Below are positions 58,301-64,000 of a DNA stretch of 64,000 bases, one piece after another. Origin of the DNA: Octopus sinensis (lineage: Eukaryota); the NCBI RefSeq assembly GCF_006345805.1, contig NC_042998.1, forward strand, positions 11,408,001-11,472,000, given 5' to 3'. Within the stretch, counting starts at the first letter, position 1, and each line of letters begins with the position of its first letter. Below the pieces are notes generated by a model, which did not search any database, was not told the DNA's origin, and saw only the letters and a program-made list of their open reading frames with translations. Both the position numbers and the translations under genes were made by a program.

Positions 58301-60526
58301 GCTGGCATTTGAATGAACACTTCTTCTTATTTAACTGTAAAGCTGAAAATGATTTTGGTAATGATTCTATTTCATCAAGCGTATATTTGGTAAGTAACAA
58401 CTTATTTTATTTCTTCATTTATTATTATTTGTTTTAGATTATTTTGAGTTTTAACCAGATAAAAACCTCAAAAAACAAAAATAAATCTATGGATATTGCC
58501 TTTCAATAGAATTCAGTGCTCTCAATTTGTTCTTATAGCCAGATCTTAATGAGTCTGAAGACCTGATAACCTTAACCTCATAGTCTGCCAACATAAGGTA
58601 CAGCAATTCTTATCTCATCGCTACCACTATAGTACTACAGACGAAGCTAGTGTTCTCTTGTTAAAATCCTGGTATGTGCAATGTGAGAGGGTAGGTGGAT
58701 ACAACGAATAGTATAATTATCATGGATTGAAGACACTGAAATTAAGCCAAAATAAACGGCACATTCACACTTTATTTGGATATTAAACGAGCAATTTATC
58801 AGTTTGTATCTCAATCTCTCAGCTACTGTGCTTATATCAGATTAATCAGATGTTTATACATATCACGTATTTAAAATTCTAAACCATATAATTTTATTTC
58901 AACAAATTTGTTCGGATTAACAAAGATTAGGATATTAGCAGCCAAGTTTTCACTCGTAAGGAGTTATAATTGATAGTTTTCAGTAACATATCTGGTGAAT
59001 ACGTAGTCGTACAAGGTCATTTTAGGCCAGCTTTTTACCATATGAGGTCAAGCAAACTAAACGTGTATGTTAAAATTTCACCTGTATAAAAATAAGTACC
59101 AGTTATATATTGTGGCGAACATTGATTATAATCCCTAAACTTATAGAGAATTTGTTTTATATCTATGAAAGAAATCTAAAAGAAGCTTGCTACCCAACCA
59201 CATGGTTCTGGATTCAGTCCCACTGCGTGGCACCTTGGGCAAGTGTCTTCTACTATAGCCTCAGGCCGACCAAAGTCGTCTGAGTGGATTTGGTAGATGG
59301 AAACTGAAAGAAGCACGCTGTATATATGAGTAAGTGTGTGTGTATGTGTATGTGCACGTGCGTGTGTGTGCGCGCGCGTATGTCTTTGTGTCTGTGTTTG
59401 TCCACCACCACCGCTTGACAACAGATGTTGGTATGTTTAGTTCGCCGTAACTTAGCACTTCGGAGAAAGGGATCAATAGAATAAGTGCCAGGCTTTCAAA
59501 AGAAAGAAATACTGGGGTCGATTCCTTCGACTAAATATTCTTCAAGGTGGTGCCCCATGACGGATGCAGTATAATGACCGAAATAAGTAAAAGTAAAAAA
59601 TAAAAGATATTCGTGACTGAAAGTTTGTATTGCTGAATTAACTTTTAATCTGTTAGCAGTCATCTAAGGACTTAAATACTATTCACACTGAATCAACAGC
59701 AAAACGCAGTTAACCCTAGTTGAGATAGAATGAGAATCATTGTTTTAACTCATTGACAATTCGCCTTTATATTGTCATTGTTGTTGTTGTTGTATAGGAT
59801 CAGGTGTGATTTTATCAAACAGGCTTACTTTAGCTGATCGAGCCATAAAGTGAGTTTTGAATAAGATTTGTCTACTAATTCCAGAAGATCGTGCGAACGT
59901 GTGCACAAGGATGTGTGTAAGAATGTGTATGTGTATGTACATGCATGTAGGTAAAAGGAAAACAAAATGAAAGAGTAAGTTGAAAGGTAACAATATTTTG
60001 TCTGAGGATCAGGGAATAGAAACGTCGAAGGTTAAGCATTGGCTGCAATAAATCTGTGTGTTTGTGTGTGTGTGTGGTGTGTGTGTGTGTGGTGTGTGTG
60101 TGTGTGATCACCACACTTGCTAATAATATAACACGCTAATAATAATTAAGCCCGAATAAACTATAAATGTATGAGGTGTACCGATATAGCATCCACAAGT
60201 TGCTTCTTATCTTTTCAATCCGTCCTACTCGCATTTTTAATTGCTAGTAGTCCCAGTATCAGAGATCTCTCTCGTTTACCTATTCTTGCAACTAGAGTCT
60301 CCCTAACCAAGTTCGACTTTTACACCTGATAAAGTAATTCATTAGGATTCAGTCACAGGGAATCAGTAACCAGATACTGTCAAGTAGAAAATCAGTGAAA
60401 TGGTCGTAGATGTACGGCGAATAATGTCTAGTCCAATTTAATATTTTACAAATTTTTATTTCATTTCATTTTATTATATATATATATTTTTGCTTCTTTT
60501 TTTTTCAGGTTTCAAATAAAAAATAA
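661..60526 (+). CDS. ImpL2: Spliced 8-exon gene, 272-aa secreted two-Ig-domain protein of the IMP-L2/ZIG-4/insulin-binding protein family
   Basis: Exons join in frame with GT-AG boundaries: [23 protein letters not shown]|[27 protein letters not shown]|[48 protein letters not shown]|[65 protein letters not shown]|[12 protein letters not shown]|[52 protein letters not shown]|[40 protein letters not shown]|VSNKK*. Two C...W...C Ig cores, the 'LANGDL' motif, the size and the lack of a TM segment fit IMP-L2/ZIG-4. Symbol is family-level; orthology not tested. Confidence 0.85.
830..1165. repeat. Compound (TA)/(TACA)/(TG) microsatellite
   Basis: Seen directly. Confidence 0.95.
1280..1740 (-). mobile_element. 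5'-truncated RTE/RTE-X non-LTR retrotransposon 3' end
   Basis: [21 protein letters not shown]...RRVHFAGHC...LLWKP...RGR...MMDREVWR is the typical RTE C-terminus; the stop runs into a (TGA)n tail at about 1282-1294. Confidence 0.85.
2222..2535 (+). mobile_element. tRNA-derived SINE, family C (3'-truncated), abutted by a minus-strand family A head at about 2537-2630
   Basis: A box (tagcccagtgg) and B box (gtttcgattcc); near-identical to copies at 11121 and 33353. Confidence 0.85.
3453..3550. repeat. (GATA)n microsatellite
   Basis: Seen directly; another array at about 47380-47478. Confidence 0.95.
4029..4248 (+). mobile_element. SINE family A (aaggcggcgagctggcagaaacgttagcacg...)
   Basis: tRNA-like head with gagttcaaattcc B box; many related copies in the window. 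Confidence 0.85.
5600..6260 (+). mobile_element. Degenerate CRE-clade non-LTR retrotransposon, zinc knuckle plus restriction-like endonuclease region
   Basis: Across frameshifts: GVWLNAV...LRTGVSLRL...CEVHECHSG...H(T)PTC...RLPRQAALN...SQLEP...KRPDGMTIF...I*D...KLPRYRSL...EPV. Confidence 0.75.
8480..8830 (+). repeat. Unclassified interspersed repeat family (E)
   Basis: Motifs such as ctaaaatagcaaccaa and tttgatcatagg recur in diverged form near 12400-13070, 20400-20770, 35400-36070, 36900-37130 and 51170-51370; class unknown. Confidence 0.45.
9341..10380 (+). mobile_element. Head-to-tail cluster of about 5 family A SINE copies or fragments
   Basis: Repeat starts at about 9341, 9575, 9705, 9940 and 10155; perfect 40-bp tandem duplication at 9981-10060. 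Confidence 0.8.
11121..11473 (+). mobile_element. Near full-length family C SINE with target-site duplication
   Basis: aatatattaaga (11108-11119) and aatatattgaga (11474-11485) flank the element. Confidence 0.85.
12676..13350. repeat. 154-bp inverted repeat (12676-12829 / 13197-13350)
   Basis: Arms are reverse complements with one mismatch seen; the ORF track shows the same peptide on both strands. Confidence 0.95.
14405..14765 (+). mobile_element. R4/Dong-like element 3' end (ORF tail plus 3' UTR ending in (CATA)n)
   Basis: [11 protein letters not shown]...QKFII* matches the end of the 25280-26095 element; shared UTR gcaactatatgcatgagaatacat; further UTR pieces at about 14770-14850 and 15310-15445. 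Confidence 0.7.
18170..19930. repeat. Compound (TA)/(CA)/(TC)/(TACA) microsatellite field around a family B SINE
   Basis: Seen directly. Confidence 0.9.
19252..19620 (-). mobile_element. SINE family B (ggcgcaggagtggctgtgtggtaag...), full length
   Basis: Reverse complement of the 29480-29880 copy; tRNA-like head, internal TA/CA tract, (aaagagt)n tail. Confidence 0.9.
24527..24608 (+). CDS. Coding exon 2 (basic pro-segment), not in the ORF track
   Basis: tttatttatag|ATTTAC...CTCCAC|gtaagt; 82 nt, open, phase 0 to 1. This is exactly the phase bridge needed between exon 1 (ends phase 0) and exon 3 (starts phase 1). Confidence 0.8.
25000..25230 (+). mobile_element. R4/Dong-like ORF C-terminal fragment
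   Basis: IGALGYIP...[38 protein letters not shown], paralogous to the end of the adjacent element. Confidence 0.7.
25280..26460 (+). mobile_element. Degenerate R4/Dong-clade non-LTR retrotransposon 3' portion, with duplicated 3' UTR and (CATA)n tail
   Basis: AIQEQ...CRLC...HIISSC...RHD zinc knuckle; KHNRPD...VEISCP.DVN...KENTY endonuclease motifs; in-frame stops; 111-bp UTR tandem repeat starting at 26081 and 26192. Confidence 0.85.
28135..28800 (-). mobile_element. Two adjacent minus-strand tRNA-SINEs (about 28135-28380 and 28475-28800)
   Basis: Both carry tRNA heads and a shared cagctgagtggactg...caacgtgaaat core; the second has the family C 3' tail. Confidence 0.75.
29480..29880 (+). mobile_element. 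SINE family B, full length
   Basis: Head ggcgcaggagtggctgtgtggtaag, B box gggttcagtccc, tail aaagagtaaaagagtaa. Confidence 0.9.
30808..30910. repeat. (TAA)n microsatellite
   Basis: Seen directly; (TTA)n arrays also at about 51995-52045 and 61590-61790. Confidence 0.95.
31293..31966 (-). mobile_element. SINE family B interrupted by an about 255-bp AT-rich insert (31535-31790)
   Basis: Both halves match family B; the insert sits in the central (TA)n tract. Confidence 0.85.
33353..33723 (+). mobile_element. SINE family C
   Basis: Matches the 2222 and 11121 copies along its length. Confidence 0.88.
34898..37679. repeat. Near-identical about 160-bp direct repeat (34898-35063 / 37521-37679)
   Basis: tgccgctcagtgcatattaaaggcttacg...tgtagttctgaatattt occurs twice, with about 3 substitutions and one 8-nt indel. 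Confidence 0.9.
35120..35340 (+). mobile_element. Diverged SINE family A copy
   Basis: ggcgagctggcagagttgttaacatgccggac...gtcgactttacgtttcatcc. Confidence 0.75.
37833..38233 (+). mobile_element. Non-autonomous Helitron/DINE-1(Lep1)-like element
   Basis: Starts actagcagtatcgctcggcgttgctcgag (short hairpin), has internal tandem sub-repeats and gacagaca near the end, ends cttttatatattaagat. Layout recalled from DINE-type elements. Confidence 0.5.
41572..41780 (-). mobile_element. SINE family A
   Basis: Reverse complement of the 9341 copy. Confidence 0.85.
42648..42850 (+). mobile_element. Diverged SINE family A copy
   Basis: ggtgagcaggcac...ttcaaattccaccgaagtcgactt...ggggtcgataaaataagtac. Confidence 0.7.
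43326..43468 (+). CDS. Coding exon 3 (Ig1 N-half)
   Basis: ttttatttttag|TCTCCGGG...CCACAG|gtaaga; encodes [20 protein letters not shown]. Confidence 0.92.
44556..44751 (+). CDS. Coding exon 4 (Ig1 C-half)
   Basis: tttcatttcag|GGTGCC...ACTG|gtgagt; encodes [19 protein letters not shown]. Confidence 0.92.
46045..47327 (-). mobile_element. Full-length (1283 bp) inactive mariner transposon
   Basis: Imperfect TIRs tcaggtcgtcccataagttctgtccgaatttt / aaaatcgaacagaacttatgagatgccctga flanked by TA; transposase motifs [21 protein letters not shown] and [10 protein letters not shown] (YSPDLAP variant); frameshifts and a stop (VYC*QL). Confidence 0.95.
48300..49330 (-). mobile_element. Possible highly decayed LINE (RT) remnant, split by the LTR element
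   Basis: [19 protein letters not shown] loosely resembles the RT motif FLDLSKAFDxVxH; weak. Confidence 0.3.
49335..50591 (+). mobile_element. Internally deleted Ty3/Gypsy LTR retrotransposon
   Basis: LTRs at 49335-49654 and 50266-50591 (TGTT...AACA); 5-bp TSD GTAAC at 49330-49334 and 50592-50596; RT N-terminal relic [19 protein letters not shown]...[10 protein letters not shown]; probable integrase-tail relic; purine tract at 50255-50265. Confidence 0.9.
53178..53213 (+). CDS. Coding exon 5 (36-nt inter-domain linker)
   Basis: ccttttctttgcag|GAAGAT...AACG|gtgagt; phase 1-1, open, encodes (G)[11 protein letters not shown]. Confidence 0.8.
54140..54860. mobile_element. Cluster of diverged family A SINEs: minus at about 54140-54358 and 54375-54550, family B tail piece, plus at about 54652-54860
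   Basis: Recognisable heads and cores in opposite orientations. Confidence 0.7.
55373..55527 (+). CDS. Coding exon 6 (Ig2 N-half)
   Basis: tcttccataaag|GAATGG...TACAAG|gtaaaa; encodes [37 protein letters not shown]. Confidence 0.92.
55568..55968 (-). mobile_element. SINE family B
   Basis: Matches the 19252-19620 copy; begins about 40 nt after the exon 6 donor. Confidence 0.88.
56680..57010 (+). mobile_element. Possible DINE/Helentron-like remnant
   Basis: (GT)n followed by ggccaaaccgctggatcaatctgtaccatatttggcatg, resembling DINE core blocks; boundaries unclear. Confidence 0.35.
58018..58233 (-). mobile_element. SINE family A, well preserved
   Basis: Reverse complement of the 4029 copy; head ends about 35 nt before the exon 7 acceptor. 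Confidence 0.88.
58270..58389 (+). CDS. Coding exon 7 (Ig2 C-half)
   Basis: ttattttacag|TTGCTA...TATTTG|gtaagt; encodes LLANGDLVL...[13 protein letters not shown]. Confidence 0.92.
59181..59605 (+). mobile_element. Diverged SINE family B copy
   Basis: ccaaccacatggttctggattcagtcccactgcgtggcaccttgggcaagtgtc...; head truncated. Confidence 0.8.
60509..60526 (+). CDS. Terminal coding exon 8 (VSNKK*), followed by probable 3' UTR
   Basis: Strong acceptor tgcttctttttttttcag at 60508; phase 0 gives VSNKK-TAA; several AATAAA downstream (about 60597, 60843, 60985). Confidence 0.7.
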   Translation, partial: VSNKK

Positions 60527-61709
60527 TTTAACATACCATTTTCGGGAAGGGGAAACTTATGGAAATAGCACCCACTGTAACCCAACACTATGCCAAAAAT
60601 AAAATTTAAAAAATGAAAGCAGAGAGAGAGAAAAGAAGAGAGAAAAGAAAGTAATATATAATGACAGGGAGAAAGAAGTAAACAAGGAAAGGAGGAAGAA
60701 AGAATGACAGACAGACTCGAAGAAAAGGAACATTTAAAACAAAATATTTATGATAGCTGATAAATTACGAATCATACGAATAGACACCTTAAAACTATCT
60801 GGCTAGTGAAAACTGACATGAAAAACTATATGATGAACTAATAATAAAAGAAGTAAAAAAAAAAAGAAAACACAAAGTGCTCTCCCTTGGAATGCTTCTT
60901 TTTATTATAATTTTTCTTTTTTTCATTTTTTTTTTGACGAGTAGTTTTCAATTCCAGTTAAAAAAATACATATAAACATACAAAAATAAATGATAAACAA
61001 TAACTAAACAAAACACATCCTAGTCACAAATTGTTCATTTAATCGTTATTTATAAAACATAAACAACTATACACATAGATTACGACACAATAATTAATTA
61101 GAAAAGTAAATGTGAAAAGTTTTAATTAAAGCACACTTACATCCGCAGACACACACACACGCGCAAGTACACGCGCGCGCGCCACACATATCTTCATGTA
61201 CATAAACACATGCACACACAGAATATAAAGAGTAAAAAAATTAATTCTATCCTTTTTTTTTTTAAATTTACAACAATCTTTTTATTTCATCTGCCTTCTT
61301 TCAATGCAAAGAAAAAAGAAAAACAGGAAAAAAAAAATATTTATTTGTGAAATTTTATTTTTGTAAATTATCCCTACCTTCGCTTCCTACTATTACCACT
61401 ACTAATATACACTACTACTACTACTACACCAATACCACCACCATCACAAATATTACCACAGACCACCCTCTTCCCATTCCAACAAACAAAACCATGTTAC
61501 AGAATACTTCTGTTACTGTTGTTGCAATTTTTGTTGTTGTTGCTGCTGTTGTTGTATTTGTTAAATCCTAAGTTATTATCATTTTATTTCTCACTATTAA
61601 CATTACTATCATTATTATTATTATATTATTATTATATTATTATTATTATTTTAGAAAAATATTATTTTCATTGTTGCTGTAGTTATTATTATTATTATTA
61701 TTATTATTA

Positions 61710-61740
<31 letters not shown>

Positions 61741-61899
61741 CATTATTATCATTATTATTATTATTTTTTTTTATTATTATTAGTAGTAATTCAGTTTTTC
61801 TGCACATAATTTCAAACTATTTCAAACAAAACTTGACCGGACCAAACCAGAGCAGCGACCGAACTTCCCCAGAACCGCTTTTTTGTTTTCAATGTTGTG

Positions 61900-62361
61900 A
61901 TATATATACATATACATATATACATATGTGTGTGTCTGTGTGCGTGTGCGTGTGCGTGTGCGCTTTGCGTGTATAGACGTTAATGTGAATATATATGAAT
62001 GTATGTGTGTGTGTATATATACATATGTGTGTATGTGTATGTATATAAATTTGTATATATATCTATATCTATATATATACATATATATATATATGTATAT
62101 ATATATATACACACACTTCTACATCTCTATGTGTGTGTGTGCATATGTGTGTATATATATATGTGTGTGTGTGTGTGTGTATAAATTTATGCATATGTGT
62201 ACACATATATGTATATGCATATATATATATATACATATATATATGTATATATATATATTTATTTATATATGTATATATATATATATATATACATATATAT
62301 ATGTATATATATATACACACACTTCTACATCTCTATGTGTGTGTGTGTGTGCATATGTGTG

Positions 62362-62405
<44 letters not shown>

Positions 62406-62879
62406 AATTTATGCATATGTGTACACATATATGTATATGCACATACGCATGTCCAGTATATATATATATGTATGTATGTATGTATGCATGTATGTATGTA
62501 TGTATGTATGTATGTATGTATGTATGTATGTATGTATGTATGTATGTATGCTTCTACATCTATATGTGTGTGTATGTGCATATATATATATACACACACA
62601 CACGGTGTTCAAAACGTCTCTCTGCAGTAAGTATTTTATTGCAAAATAAAATTAATATCTATAAGATGATATAAGACTACAATAGAATATATTAGACTTT
62701 ACAGGACTTTAAAAACTTTACCAGAAGTGTTGAAAGTATTGTCCTTCATTTTCAATACAGAGGTTCACTCTTCTACACATGTTTTGAAATACATCTTGGA
62801 GAGTCAGGATGAAGAAAATCACTGCGGAGAGACTTTTTAAACACCCTATATGTTTGCTTATGTATATCCAGTAAATATA

Positions 62880-62918
<39 letters not shown>

Positions 62919-63342
62919 CAAATACATACCTACATATACTTACATATACGCACACAAACATACATTTACAGCATATATATATACTTGTTTGTCAGTTTCC
63001 TCTTTATTTTGTTCAATTTCATTATTATTTATTAATATAAACACTCCAACACATACAACAATTAACCTTATAATGAAAAGGAGACCAATAAAAATACTGA
63101 GAAATCTAGACCGGAAGACAGAAATATTATTATAAAAATTCAATGCATGTTTATACAACAAAAATATACTGGATATATATAAATACATATATATGTATTT
63201 GTTTATATATGTATATATATATATTTATTTATATATGTATAAATTTAAATATATATGTATATGCATATATATATATATGTATAAGTACATATGTATATAT
63301 ATGTATGTATGTATGTATATATATGGAGAGAGTGAGAGAGAC

Positions 63343-63378
<36 letters not shown>

Positions 63379-63424
63379 TACATACATACGCACTAAATAT
63401 GTGTGTTATATATTAATGCATGTA

Positions 63425-63471
<47 letters not shown>

Positions 63472-63550
63472 CATACATATATACATACATATATACATAC
63501 ATATATACACGCATACATATATATATATATATACATATATATACACTCAC

Positions 63551-63583
<33 letters not shown>

Positions 63584-63715
63584 TATATACGTATGTTTGT
63601 ATATACATTCACATGGATATATATATATATACATACATATATACATACATATATACACGCATACATATATATATAATATATATAATATATATATATATAT
63701 ATATAATATATATAG
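61900..63715. repeat. Large compound (TA)/(TG)/(TATG) microsatellite field with internal duplications
   Basis: Seen directly; source of about 20 spurious ORFs. Confidence 0.95.
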
Positions 63716-64000
63716 TGTAAACATGTAAATTTATCAATGAATAAAGAAAATATTGATGGCACTTATGAAAGTTTCACATAATTATTTAATCTTTGCTTTA
63801 AACTGTTGTTTTTTGCTGTTCATTTTCGTTGGTTTTGCTGCTTTTTTTCAGGAGTTGTTTGTAACTGATGATGATGATCACAAAAAAATATTAGGCAGAG
63901 TTGTGGTTTACGTATCGAAAACCCTTTGAACGTACACTCTTTTATTGATCGTACGATAAGGATAACAACTCTCCAGCTTAGCGCACAACATCCTGTGCAA

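Noticed and set aside
720-63762. Dozens of YI/CV/HT/LS-rich ORFs in the track (e.g. 61928-62674, 26032-26610, 1019-1540)
   Set aside because: Translations of (TA), (TG), (TACA), (TC) and (TTA) microsatellites; no coding signal.

Overview
AT-rich animal genomic DNA dense in microsatellites and SINEs; the repeat types suggest an octopus or other cephalopod (inference). Nearly the whole window is one + strand gene, assembled by eye from 8 GT-AG coding exons: 661-729, 24527-24608, 43326-43468, 44556-44751, 53178-53213, 55373-55527, 58270-58389 and 60509-60526. All splice phases are consistent and give 819 nt, or 272 aa. The product is a secreted protein with a signal peptide, a basic pro-segment and two Ig domains, of the IMP-L2 / ZIG-4 / invertebrate insulin-binding protein family. 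The introns (1.1-23.8 kb) hold decayed mobile DNA: RTE, CRE and R4/Dong-like non-LTR fragments, a full-length dead mariner, an internally deleted Ty3/Gypsy element with both LTRs and a 5-bp TSD, a Helitron/DINE-like element and several tRNA-SINE families. Unusual structures include a 154-bp near-perfect inverted duplication, a ~160-bp near-identical direct duplication, Dong-like 3' ends stacked on (CATA)n arrays and a decayed hammerhead-like motif. Most ORFs in the supplied track are microsatellite artefacts. Exon, TIR and LTR coordinates were counted to the base; SINE and LINE remnant boundaries are approximate.
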